A stretch of DNA of 63,566 bases, filler included, from Aduncisulcus paluster (Eukaryota): NCBI GenBank assembly GCA_024181965.1. It is 10 parts of 10 records of this genome, joined end to end, with 100 filler letters (N's around TTAATTAATTAA, not from the genome) between each part and the next. Parts side by side here need not be neighbours in the genome. Positions count along the whole stretch, not along the records: positions 1 to 2,856 come from BQXS01011894.1; positions 2,957 to 13,711 come from BQXS01011895.1; 8 more parts are not named here. The stretch is one strand, 5' to 3'. The position numbers were made by a program, and so were the translations under genes. Shown piece by piece: positions 1 to 10,503 of the stretch (positions are counted from its first letter, which is position 1; each line of letters starts with the position of its first letter). The notes below the pieces were generated by a model. It did not search any database. It saw nothing but the letters and a program-made list of their open reading frames with translations, and was not told where the DNA came from.

Positions 1-2726
1 GCAGAAAGGTAAGTGATTGAAGATAGATAGAGAAGGGATAAATCAGAAAGTTCATTGGAATTAATGGAAAGATTATACAATGAAGCTAAATCTTTAAGAT
101 AATAGAGATCGACATTCGTTATTTCTGAATTGTCAAGCACTAGAGTTACTATATTTAAAGAATCGAGGTTTGCTGTGGACAAAACAAGGCCAGTTGTATC
201 CATGAGATTGAGGATGGTACAATGTGAAAGAGTAACTTGAGAATCACCAAAATCAATATTAGCATCAATTTTGATATTTGTAAGGGATAAGCTCGTTAAT
301 AAAGGGGGGAGAATTCGAAGATCGGATGTAGAATACTCCTTCGATGTAGAGAGGGATCCGTCAATTGATAATGACAACAAACCAGTGGCAAAGGATAATC
401 CAACAAGAGAATCAACATTAGATGCAGATATACTTGTCAAAAGACTTAATTCTGTTGGGGTAATATCATTACAATATGATTCATGACAAAGAGCTGAACA
501 AATACTAGTTCGGAGATTGTCATCGGGAATATAGACAAATTGGCATGCATTTCCAACATATCCGGATTGGCATGAACAAGTGGTACCACTACAACTCCCA
601 TTAGTAGAAGAAGTACATTGAGTACCTTCATAGGTTGGACAACCACTGACAGTACCAAACATATCGGCATAAGCAACACATTCAATTCCTTGAGATCCCA
701 GTAATGAGGCTTTCCCAGCTCTTTCACATACTTGACAACGAAGTGGATCCCAACTGGAAATCGATTGTTCCACACAAGTTTGAGTAGTTGCATCAAAAAC
801 AATTTTAGCTTCGGAAACATCAACACATTCTCTTCTATCCCTATCATAATAATATCCTTTCCAACAAGTTATTTCAGGCGAATTCGACTCATCCAGAACA
901 CACCTAAAATGATCCAGAAAAGATGGAACGGAAGAACATGGGCAAGAATCAGGGGAGGATAATGAAACAGAAGTAACATTTGTAAAGTAGGTGTTCAAAT
1001 ATGTGATAACATTTTGGTGGTCGCAAATTGGATTGGCATCAAGAATCAATGAAGTTAACGTGTCTCGTTCAAAGAAACCACTTGTAACTAACACAGATAC
1101 ATCAGTGATGTTATTGTTGCTCAGACTTAGGGAAGTGAGCTTAAAAGGTTGAGTGGCAGTATCACCAGAGGTCTCCTCAGATGGATCATCATCAACTTTG
1201 GCAATAGGAAATATGCCAAGAACATCTTCAATTCTTGAAATTGAACAATTATTGAGGATAAGAGTAGTCAAACCTGTGTGAAGAGAGTATGTGGCAGTTA
1301 CATATTCAGCATTGGGGATAGAAATTACGTCATGAGGTATTCTCGCCCAAGTAGCACCTGATCCAGTTCCTAGTGTCACTTCAGAATTGGTATAACTTAT
1401 ATCGACGGCTCTAGCTAAGATTTGCACCACTAAACGATCATCCTCTTGTTGAGAAAGGTCATAATTAGAGAGATTAAGAGAAGTTAATCCGGTGTGGATA
1501 CCTTGCATATATTCTAGACCCAAAAGAGAGGAAATGCTGGAACTATTTGAACAACTAGAAATGGAAAATGATGAACAGGTTGTATTTCGAAGACGATCAA
1601 GGGGAATCATGCCACCTAATGTTATTGGATCAATTGAACATGTAGATTGAATACATTCTCTGAGATATTGGTCACGAATTGAAAAACAAACAAGATTTGA
1701 ATCAGCATCAACACCTTGAAGAGATATCTCTGAGCATGAAATATCTCCAATATCAACATCATAGATTTCATTTCTGGTTGCATAAGGGCAATCTACATCA
1801 CCTGAACAATTGAACTCTGCACCAAAATTAGAACCATTGAAGGAAACGGAATTAAGTATACATGTATTAAAAAGGATTCGCTTAACCATGTGGTCTGTAC
1901 CTTGTGTAAGTACTGGCCATACTGAATATAAATAATCAGAAAATTCATTACTATTTTCACGTCTGCAAAGAGGTACACCATATCCTGATAAACCAGTTTG
2001 GAAGGAAATGTGTCCATAACAGAATGCTATTGACCTAAAAAACACGGAATAATCTTTAATATCAGGGTTTCCACGGATAGATGCAAATCGAATACGATAC
2101 AGAGCCTTGAGAGGAAGAAAAGAACTCCCATATTCCATGTTATTTGAGGAACTATGGAGATATAACGTTGTCAATTGTTGTAAAGCAACAATTGAATCAA
2201 GATTTTGAATTTTGGTACTACAAACATAAAATGAATTTAAATTAATCAAATATTCAGCCCCAATGATATCGGTTACAAGTTGCTTACCATCATCGGACGT
2301 ACATGGAAGGTCAAATTCTCCATCCAAGGCCGCAAGTTCAACATCAAACACAATGTCATCACATGTAGAAGACGTACCACATGTAGTATAGAACCTCCCG
2401 TTAATTTCTTCTTCAATAAGAGTTTTGAAGGATCCAGCGCCAAATGTCACTTCAGTCTGTTTTACCTCAACAAAAGGGGATAAATCATCATAAGTGTGAT
2501 CTGAATAAGAATTAATATTTGTAAATGAATCAAAAATACCGGGACCCAGAGAGACATCAGAAGAAAAACAACAAAATGTGGGAATAATTGAAAAAAATAA
2601 AAACAAAAATGTAATGAAAAGGGCCTTTATAGAGTTTTCTTTTAATAAATTTAATGGTTTCAAAAGATAAGCAGAGGGTTTGGGGATAAAATGAGAAATA
2701 AACAAATACGGAACCGATGAAATCAT
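1..2726 (-). CDS. Large LRR + EGF-like repeat protein, probably secreted or surface-located; 3' partial (runs off the window)
   Basis: Absent from the ORF track because no stop lies in the window. Manual translation from ATG 2726 gives MISSVPYLF..., a hydrophobic stretch (ALFITFLFLFFSIIPTFCC), LRR units (IIGAEYLINLNSFYV, LDSIVALQQLTTLYL) and an EGF-like Cys segment (CTSSTNGSCSGTTCSCQSGYVGNAC) followed by IPDDNLRTSICSAL. Confidence 0.85.
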   Translation of the reverse strand, partial: MISSVPYLFISHFIPKPSAYLLKPLNLLKENSIKALFITFLFLFFSIIPTFCCFSSDVSLGPGIFDSFTNINSYSDHTYDDLSPFVEVKQTEVTFGAGSFKTLIEEEINGRFYTTCGTSSTCDDIVFDVELAALDGEFDLPCTSDDGKQLVTDIIGAEYLINLNSFYVCSTKIQNLDSIVALQQLTTLYLHSSSNNMEYGSSFLPLKALYRIRFASIRGNPDIKDYSVFFRSIAFCYGHISFQTGLSGYGVPLCRRENSNEFSDYLYSVWPVLTQGTDHMVKRILFNTCILNSVSFNGSNFGAEFNCSGDVDCPYATRNEIYDVDIGDISCSEISLQGVDADSNLVCFSIRDQYLRECIQSTCSIDPITLGGMIPLDRLRNTTCSSFSISSCSNSSSISSLLGLEYMQGIHTGLTSLNLSNYDLSQQEDDRLVVQILARAVDISYTNSEVTLGTGSGATWARIPHDVISIPNAEYVTATYSLHTGLTTLILNNCSISRIEDVLGIFPIAKVDDDPSEETSGDTATQPFKLTSLSLSNNNITDVSVLVTSGFFERDTLTSLILDANPICDHQNVITYLNTYFTNVTSVSLSSPDSCPCSSVPSFLDHFRCVLDESNSPEITCWKGYYYDRDRRECVDVSEAKIVFDATTQTCVEQSISSWDPLRCQVCERAGKASLLGSQGIECVAYADMFGTVSGCPTYEGTQCTSSTNGSCSGTTCSCQSGYVGNACQFVYIPDDNLRTSICSALCHESYCNDITPTELSLLTSISASNVDSLVGLSFATGLLSLSIDGSLSTSKEYSTSDLRILPPLLTSLSLTNIKIDANIDFGDSQVTLSHCTILNLMDTTGLVLSTANLDSLNIVTLVLDNSEITNVDLYYLKDLASLYNLSINSNELSDLSLLYLSSITYLS

Positions 2727-2856
2727 TTTTGGATTTATGATAGATAAATAAATAAATTTAAGGCCAATTAAAAATTCGATATTTCTACGTTTGAACAAAT
2801 AGCAGAATTTTTTATACTCACCCGGTGTAAGCCTTGGCTTAGAGGTAAATTAATGA

Positions 2857-2956
2857 NNNNNNNNNNNNNNNNNNNNNNNNNNNNNNNNNNNNNNNNNNNN
2901 TTAATTAATTAANNNNNNNNNNNNNNNNNNNNNNNNNNNNNNNNNNNNNNNNNNNN
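2857..2956. other. Artificial contig linker N44-TTAATTAATTAA-N44 (stops in all six frames). Same linker at 13712-13811, 20502-20601, 29734-29833, 31686-31785, 38087-38186, 51868-51967, 58101-58200 and 61521-61620
   Basis: Identical 100-nt structure occurs nine times, and genes are cut off at many of these sites. Confidence 0.97.
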
Positions 2957-3476
2957 CACCCACATACATATATAAATGGGTCTCATCATAGACACGAAAT
3001 GAACAGAAGAAGGAGAAGAAAGAGAAGGAGGAATGTCAAACAAATTGAAAAACAAATATTCATCCCTGAAGAGTGAAATTAAACCAACAAAACGAAAAAG
3101 AATATCAAGGGATGGAGATAAGTGGCTTAGTGGAAAGGATTGAAATCAAATATCTGTGATGATCATGGTGTGATCCTGACGAAAACAAGAAACACATTTT
3201 AATAGTTTGTTGCCGTCAAAATATCAGGAGTAAGCATGTATATATTCGTTTATATGATATCCGATATTCTAACATATATGAATTTTATTCCCCAAGTTGG
3301 CAACGTATAAAGGTATATCCGAACAATTCGTGTTTTTCCCCCTGTTATACTGTCTATTCGCGCTTTTGCAGTTACAATAAAATAGTATCTGAAGTTTTTA
3401 TCCATGGCACTTTACATTTATTTCATTTTTTTGTCATGTTCTGTACTGGGCTCTTTTCGGATATTTCTCTCTCGTA

Positions 3477-3550
3477 GCTTCTATAGTATAGTTGGTTTAG
3501 TATGGCCGCCTGTCACGTGGCAGACCCGGGTTCGAACCCCGGTGGAAGCG
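3477..3550 (+). tRNA. tRNA-Asp (GTC)
   Basis: Acceptor stem GCTTCTA/TGGAAGC, D-arm with TAGTTGGTTTAG, anticodon arm GCCGC-CT-GTC-AC-GTGGC, T-arm CCGGGTTCGAACCCCGG, discriminator G, no encoded CCA. Followed by a T6 Pol III terminator. Confidence 0.96.
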
Positions 3551-4419
3551 ATTTTTTGACTTTTTATCAGATTCGTTGTTTCTCTATCCTGTCCTTCATT
3601 CCTGCTGTGGATTGCTGGAGTTTATGGGTTGAAATCATGATGTTTTACACATATTTGGGGAAATATGAATAGATATTGTGTTTTAGGAATTTTTCGAAAA
3701 AGGCAAATTTTTTGACTGATTTTTGGCTTGAAATTTGAACAATTCAAAGTTCAAACAGTATTTATTCCTCGAGATTTAGTGCAATAATAAAATGGATCCT
3801 AGCGAGCACCTATTATCGTTATTATAGGCATTCTTGTAATCTTGTATAATATCTATATATTATTATGTCTATCTTGAAGGATCACATGCCATCAATGTGA
3901 TAGTTCTATGGGTTATATCAGTATAGTACAGTATACTATATCAATAGTGTACTCATAATGAATGATAGATTGTCAGAAATAAATAAACTGATCAATAAAC
4001 ATGCGTAATGAGCATGCAAATACCTGTTCATTTTGGTGGGTTTGCCGACACAGGGCAAACATATTATTATGAGACAAAAAACTATACAAAAAAAAGTAAC
4101 GAATAAAGAAAAGGATATAAAAAAATAGCAACGACAATTGAAGAAATGATTTCAAAAAATGAAAAAAAAAAGAGAATTATGGATACAATTGTTGATGGTT
4201 AAATTTAAAAAAAAATAGAAAGATATCTAGATAAAAATCCTGTATTGAAATTTAATTCTTGTATTTAAATTCATACATTCTGACTAAAAATAGAATCCTA
4301 AAGAATGCAACGATTCTTCAGAACAAAAGCCACGTTAAACGTTGATAAAAGAAAACAACAAAACAATATGAGCCAAGATAATTAAAATATTTATATTTAA
4401 AATAAAACGACAGAAAATC

Positions 4420-6756
4420 TCATTCAAAATAAGCTTCACTAACATGATACACGCGAGGGATAAGCATCACAACAGTAACATTATCCGTAGTCAACTCGTT
4501 AATCGCTTTCCGAACTAAATTTTCAACACAAGATAGAGATGACATCTCAGAGAGGGAGTTGAACACAGAAGGAACGATCACCTTGGCAGCCTGGGCAGGT
4601 AGCCCATGAGGATTCCTTCGGGCTGATGATGGTTCTGACCCATGCAATCTTCCATGGCCATCCTTCTCTCCGAAAGAACTCGATGAACTATGGGACAACT
4701 CGGTCGTGAGATGGGAAAATGATGAAGTGAGCCGATTTACATTGACTTTGGCATGAGTTCGATCGGAAGACATTTCTCTACTATCCGCCTCATCTCTTTC
4801 TTCAGAGAGCTCAGAAGCAGTAAATATTGACAATGATTTGAGTGATGAGGAAGAGAGGGAGGTGATCGACGATTGGGAGTAGAATGTCGTAGAACTATCA
4901 CCGTCCGCTAGACTTCGTTTCCCATCAAGTTCAGTCAGATGATGGGGATGCAAGAACCGAGGACTTTGAGTGAGGAGAGAGGGAGAGTGCTGGAGAGAAT
5001 GAAGTTGAAGAGTCGGAGCGGGGATGGAGAAGATTGGACCCGTCTTAATCGTCATGAGGGCATCACGTTCCATGATATCGTCCTGATTGTCCACCTCTTC
5101 ATCATCGGGGAAGACAAGAGAAGGGGGAGCTCGAACGATGTGGTCAAGAGAAGAAGTTGAATGGCGTGATTCCAATACACAGCTATCACCTGATGATACA
5201 CCCGTGAGACCATAATCATGATGGTCTACTGAGGAATGACCAATATCAGAGTTGGGAGGTTTAGTTATTCGAATGTGGGAGAGAGGAATGGATCTACTGG
5301 CTTCGATATCAGAACCATCAAGAAGATCGGTCGAGACACCATCCAAACTACTCCGTTTGGAAGCATCAAATTCACTCGTTTCTCTACTTCTATGCACAGG
5401 TTGGGACGAATGGGTGCCTTGTGAATCCAATTCTTTAGAAACTCCAGCACTTAGTAATGAAGAAGAGGAGGTAGAAACACGGAGAGAGCGTTCGAAGGAC
5501 TTGTCTTGCATGCTGTTCAATTGGCGGTAGATAACCCTAGCAACATCACTACACGACAAAACATCCCAGAGGCCATCAACAGCAAAAATCAAACATTGGG
5601 GGTGGTTCTTCAAACGATTTGATGAGGGTTTTGAATGGGACTTCGAACCGCTTGACTCTTTCTTCTTCGATTTCTTTGATGATTTTTTTGATGATTTGTG
5701 AGATTGTTGGTGCTGTTCTTTTGGTTGCTCTTGAATCTTGTTGCGATGATCATGAGGTCTTCCGGGAAAGGGTTCAGAATGTGTTGATAATACATTGAGT
5801 TTACGAACGAATAAATCTGGAACGCTACAATACACAGGTTTAAATTGGACATCTCCAAAACCACGGGATACAGAGAGAGAAAAACCTAGCCCACTAACAA
5901 CACCAAGACGATCACCCGAATCGCTCAAGAAAACTCTCCCACTCTCACTCGACATTGGGGCAGACAATGGAAATTGGCCCTTGTATGATCCCCTTGAAAT
6001 CGAAGGGATAGGTAGAGAGACGGAGGATGAACCAGAAAGACCATGGCGATCCCTGGATGGTGTGAGGTGAGTCAGATGTGAGGAAGGGATATGATGCTCA
6101 TCTTGGGTTCCCGACAAAGTCTTTGTTCCAGAAATGATCTCATCTTCGTCATACTCACGGGGTCTACCTCCAATGCTAAGATGTGAGAGAACCCGATTAT
6201 GGGTTCGATTCTTTCTTTCGCTCTTCTTCCATTTCTTATCTTCACGCTTACCTCTATCGATATGTTTGTGAATTCTCTTTTTTTCTTTTCGATCAAGCGG
6301 TTTGTGATCAGTTGAAACTTGCTCAAACTCACCAGTGATCATATCAACCATCATGCACCTACTATCACCTAGATTGGCAATATATGCGACACCGTCGACA
6401 ACCAGCCCAACACATGCGGTGGTACCTTGGATTGAGGCTCCTACACATAATTGAGTGGTCTTTTTATATAAAAAGGCAAGGCTCAATTGAACACACGATA
6501 AGGGGGCAGAAATTAGGTTATGAACTGATAAAGAAGCGAGAAATATGGGTATTTTCTTTGCACAAAACTGACTTAACGTATCAGACCCATGACCATCGAA
6601 AACACCAATACATATAGTATTACGAGGAATAGCAGGATTAATTGAATGTAAATCAACCAAAACAAAAGCATCTTCATTCTTTTGTCTGGCTCCAACATCA
6701 GAAATCCCACTGCATAAATAATGATCGGTTTTGAAGGAAACTTCGATACGATTCAT
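4420..6756 (-). CDS. Protein phosphatase 2C (PPM family) with long Ser/His-rich insertions
   Basis: Ordered PPM motifs: NEDAF, VFDGHG, ANLGDSR, DHKP, SRGFGD, AVDGLWDV, DNVTV. Confidence 0.93.
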   Translation of the reverse strand: MNRIEVSFKTDHYLCSGISDVGARQKNEDAFVLVDLHSINPAIPRNTICIGVFDGHGSDTLSQFCAKKIPIFLASLSVHNLISAPLSCVQLSLAFLYKKTTQLCVGASIQGTTACVGLVVDGVAYIANLGDSRCMMVDMITGEFEQVSTDHKPLDRKEKKRIHKHIDRGKREDKKWKKSERKNRTHNRVLSHLSIGGRPREYDEDEIISGTKTLSGTQDEHHIPSSHLTHLTPSRDRHGLSGSSSVSLPIPSISRGSYKGQFPLSAPMSSESGRVFLSDSGDRLGVVSGLGFSLSVSRGFGDVQFKPVYCSVPDLFVRKLNVLSTHSEPFPGRPHDHRNKIQEQPKEQHQQSHKSSKKSSKKSKKKESSGSKSHSKPSSNRLKNHPQCLIFAVDGLWDVLSCSDVARVIYRQLNSMQDKSFERSLRVSTSSSSLLSAGVSKELDSQGTHSSQPVHRSRETSEFDASKRSSLDGVSTDLLDGSDIEASRSIPLSHIRITKPPNSDIGHSSVDHHDYGLTGVSSGDSCVLESRHSTSSLDHIVRAPPSLVFPDDEEVDNQDDIMERDALMTIKTGPIFSIPAPTLQLHSLQHSPSLLTQSPRFLHPHHLTELDGKRSLADGDSSTTFYSQSSITSLSSSSLKSLSIFTASELSEERDEADSREMSSDRTHAKVNVNRLTSSFSHLTTELSHSSSSSFGEKDGHGRLHGSEPSSARRNPHGLPAQAAKVIVPSVFNSLSEMSSLSCVENLVRKAINELTTDNVTVVMLIPRVYHVSEAYFE

Positions 6757-7140
6757 ATAGTAATAAAAAAATCAAATAAAAAAGGGTGTTGATTACACAA
6801 TAATGTGAATTGCAGTCCTCAAAACTTTATCCAATATCTATCAACCGGAGAAAAACAACGAGATTGGTTCAATCGAAAAACACTGTTACCAAAATAGAAC
6901 AAAACCTGGTGATATTAAATAATAACAGATTCTCAAGTTCAATTTTATTATGAATTTATATTGTAAATTATTAAATGCGCAGATATGGAAAAATGAGACC
7001 AGATTGATCACAATAGTGGTTCAAAGGAAAAATAATCCCCAAAAGATGATGAAATATGGAATATACTCGGAATTTAGAGTAATGAATGATCATTTTTCCA
7101 AGCCTATTGTCCCAAAATATTCCTCAATTCGAATTATAGT

Positions 7141-7902
7141 TCACTCCCTCAAGGGGTATTTTTCTTGCTTTTCATGGTAGTTAAAGCATTTTAATGAACA
7201 AGACATAACTCTTTTACACCTAGTACACCTGTACTTACCGAGACATCCACAAATTTGGCATTCTGTTATTTTAAGTGGCTTGGGGCATATTACTGTTGAA
7301 AATAGGAAACAAGGAATCCTGAATTTCGATGGATATATGAATTGGGAAGATTGGATTCGAGGGCTTTGAGAGGAATGGATTGGTGGCAGAACTGGTTGGG
7401 ATACAACCAATGGAGCATGAGAATAAGATCCGATAGCTGTTGAAAATGATAATATGGGTGTTTTTTTGGAGCTTAAATCTCCAATAGATAAAATATGAGT
7501 GTCTTCTCTGGTGTAACTAGAAGGAAGTGAAGCAGCAGCCGACGAAAAGGATAGGCTTGACTTGGTTCCTCTTGAATTATTGATTGATTTTTTCGATATT
7601 GATTGTTGTTCCTTCATTTTATCAGCTTTTTCATGCTGATCGGAAATTGAATGTCGAGCATCCATTTTAAGGACATCCTCTAAACACTTAACGCTTTGAA
7701 ATTTATGACATATTCTTCCTTGTGTTGTACATATTTTTGGGAGTCCCGAAGGAGTAAATGTTGATTTTTTTGGAATATTTGACTGTGGAGTTGACTGAGA
7801 GAAAATATACTTTAAATAAGATTCAATTAAATCTATTGAAGAATCATGGGGTGTTTCTAATGTTTTTTTATCAGTTTCAAGGATAGGCTTAAGGTATTCC
7901 AT
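7141..7902 (-). CDS. C-terminal HIT-type zinc-finger protein (Vps71/ZNHIT1-like)
   Basis: CQICGCLGKYRCTRCKRVMSCSLKCFNYH at the C-terminus. First in-frame ATG is at 7902 (the track start at 7983 is TTG). Confidence 0.7.
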   Translation of the reverse strand: MEYLKPILETDKKTLETPHDSSIDLIESYLKYIFSQSTPQSNIPKKSTFTPSGLPKICTTQGRICHKFQSVKCLEDVLKMDARHSISDQHEKADKMKEQQSISKKSINNSRGTKSSLSFSSAAASLPSSYTREDTHILSIGDLSSKKTPILSFSTAIGSYSHAPLVVSQPVLPPIHSSQSPRIQSSQFIYPSKFRIPCFLFSTVICPKPLKITECQICGCLGKYRCTRCKRVMSCSLKCFNYHEKQEKYPLRE

Positions 7903-8072
7903 GCCAAAATCAATTATTCGTTGGATGGAGCATATAATTGGAGGATTGATGGAATATATTAAATTATTAAGTAGATTAGACAATACTTTTTTAGATTATT
8001 CAAATTTATTCCTTTTGCTTTCACAGTTGCAAAAGTTCGAGAAATGGGAACCAACTCGCCATTATATGTCGT

Positions 8073-10241
8073 TTATTTCCGTATAATGGCATCTGTATTA
8101 ACTAAAAATGCATTTGAATAAGTTGATTTCTCTTTTACGCTGTATCTAACGGCACATACATTCTCTAATTCGCAATGATCGCCAACCCTTGAGTCAGATC
8201 CAATAACACACCCTCTAACGGTACAATTATCACCAATTTTGACACCCTTTTGAAGCACACAATCCTCGATAATACAATTCTTACCAATGTGCACATAAGG
8301 TCCAATGACTGTATTCCTAACGGTTGATTTTCCACCAATCTCGACTTTAGAGCCGAGGTAGACACACTCCATTTCAGGGAACTCATCAAAGAGGGCCTTG
8401 GTCATTTTCTTCTGAGCAGCCAGCTTTATGCGCTCATCTTTTTTAGAGAGCTTAACAGGCTCATCTACTTTCTCTATTTTGATATTGTACTTGTCAACAA
8501 GAGTCTGTGATGGAGAGATATCCTCTTGGCCCTCGAAGGCAGCGCCTGTTCCTTCTTTCTTCTCAAATGAGATGATTACACCTTCATCCTTACACAGCTC
8601 TTTCTCATACTCAAGTAAGGCACTCTCAATGGCACCAACCATGACTTCTTCAAGCCTTCCACCCTGTCGCTTATCCAATGCATCCTCCTCGACACTCACA
8701 AGACCTCGAGCAACAAGAAGATTGGTATGGACATATGAAAACTTTGTATCTACTCTAGTATAGAAATGATGGATGATGGGACCATCCGATTGAGAGCCAG
8801 CCGGACTTGAACCACCAACCTTACCTCTCTTACCGGCAGCTCTGGACTTCTTACCATCCTTCTTGCCCCCCTTCCCTCCTGATGAAGACGAGACAGCAGC
8901 ATACCCTTTCTTCTTCCTCTCTTCCGTCACCCTCTGTTGAACCCTTGTCTTGGCCTCTAGATCGACTTTTCCGCGAACCATCTTGATGATACGCTCGATA
9001 TCAGTCCCGTACTGCATAATGGGATCTGCAGAAGAGATCTGACTTGCTGAAGCACGAAGAGAAGGCGACGAGGAGAGCAATGACATGGAAGGTGGGTGGG
9101 CATGCATGAATTCAGTCAGAATCTCGAGATATGACAGGGGATATGGCTGCTCAGGATCAGAGATAGACTGTGACTGATTGGCAGGGGTCTCGGATGATCT
9201 CTCTTCTTCATCTTCATCCTTTTGGCTCAGACTAGAAGCAATTTCTTTGTCTCTGGGCCCAGAAGTGTCAGCATCAGAGTCAATCCTTCTCTCAGAGTCG
9301 GTAGAAGGCTGAGACTTGACTTGTTCTTCGAGTTCATCAACACACATGTTACTCTGATGTGTGCATAAAAATAGAACATCGTTCCAAAAATCGGAATACT
9401 TATTCTTTTCAAGACTCTCTATGACGGTTCCCAACATCCGGCAGAACTCTTTTGAAATAATCGCTACTCCACCGACAGAACCGTGTGTATGGATCGAAGA
9501 GTGACCGTTACGTGCAAATAAAAAGGTAGGAATCGAGGCAATGTTATCAGAACGATCCACACAGGCGAAAGATATGTGCACGAGCTTCCCGGAGAGAACA
9601 CATGGACGAGATGTACTACTCCCACTGAATTCAGGGGTCTTGGGGGCAGATTCTTTTTGTTTCTTCGATCTTTTTCCCTTAGAAGCCTGTTTTGAAAGAA
9701 TATCATAATAATTAGGAATTGTGGCTTTCACATCATATGGTTCGATAGCAGTGAGAAATACACCACCTTTCTCTTTGCGAATACCTTTTAATTGGGCTGA
9801 TTGTTGTGTTCCAATGAGAGAAAAAGAAGATTTATGAGCTTTATGTTCAGAAAATATACTCCGGAATTCCTCAGGACTAAACTTGCAAATTGTATCAGAA
9901 CTAAATAAAACAAAATCATTTTTGACATGGTCTAAAAATTTATCGCATGTAATCGCTCTGAGAGTTGTGAAATGAGAGGGAAGAGAAATGGATTCGCTTG
10001 TTAATGAGAAATAGTGTTTATATGTCTCCAACACCTGAGATACATCATCTTTGATCGACTCTTTGCACACTAATGTTACGTCAGTAAAGCCAAGACTCTC
10101 AATTGATTGTAACACATAACAAAGAAGGGGACGATTAGCGATTGGGAGTAAAAAGGTTGAAGATACAACAGTAATCCCATCAATAAAGGGCTCATCAAAG
10201 CCAACAAGAACAACTACCTTCAAATTTTTCGAAGACAACAT
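8073..10241 (-). CDS. EIF2B3: Translation initiation factor eIF2B gamma subunit-like
   Basis: N-terminal NTP-transferase-like domain (KVVVLVG...LLPIANRPLLCYVL) and C-terminal hexapeptide left-handed beta-helix (VIGPYVHIGKNCIIEDCVLQKGVKIGDNC). No W2 domain, so gamma rather than epsilon. ATG at 10241. Confidence 0.8.
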   Translation of the reverse strand: MLSSKNLKVVVLVGFDEPFIDGITVVSSTFLLPIANRPLLCYVLQSIESLGFTDVTLVCKESIKDDVSQVLETYKHYFSLTSESISLPSHFTTLRAITCDKFLDHVKNDFVLFSSDTICKFSPEEFRSIFSEHKAHKSSFSLIGTQQSAQLKGIRKEKGGVFLTAIEPYDVKATIPNYYDILSKQASKGKRSKKQKESAPKTPEFSGSSTSRPCVLSGKLVHISFACVDRSDNIASIPTFLFARNGHSSIHTHGSVGGVAIISKEFCRMLGTVIESLEKNKYSDFWNDVLFLCTHQSNMCVDELEEQVKSQPSTDSERRIDSDADTSGPRDKEIASSLSQKDEDEEERSSETPANQSQSISDPEQPYPLSYLEILTEFMHAHPPSMSLLSSSPSLRASASQISSADPIMQYGTDIERIIKMVRGKVDLEAKTRVQQRVTEERKKKGYAAVSSSSGGKGGKKDGKKSRAAGKRGKVGGSSPAGSQSDGPIIHHFYTRVDTKFSYVHTNLLVARGLVSVEEDALDKRQGGRLEEVMVGAIESALLEYEKELCKDEGVIISFEKKEGTGAAFEGQEDISPSQTLVDKYNIKIEKVDEPVKLSKKDERIKLAAQKKMTKALFDEFPEMECVYLGSKVEIGGKSTVRNTVIGPYVHIGKNCIIEDCVLQKGVKIGDNCTVRGCVIGSDSRVGDHCELENVCAVRYSVKEKSTYSNAFLVNTDAIIRK

Positions 10242-10503
10242 GATTATTGCAGAATATGGGCCAAAAGAGGAAGCAATCAACCTTCATGTCATACAGTATA
10301 TTAATATCTAAACTACCCCGCAATAATTGAAATATCGTTTACTGTACACTTTGAATATTAATTAATTGATAATATGATCACCCTATTCAACAACCATGGG
10401 TTTTTCGTTTTAATCTCCACCAATCAAACCCAAATCACAAATGATAATTACATAAAAAGCAGGAAAAATAAAATAGTATCGAGGTTTTGTCATATTTTAT
10501 TGC

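Noticed and set aside
3155..3230. Possible C/D snoRNA (TGATGA...CTGA) upstream of the tRNA
   Set aside because: The boxes are only about 14 nt apart, with no terminal stem or distal D box.
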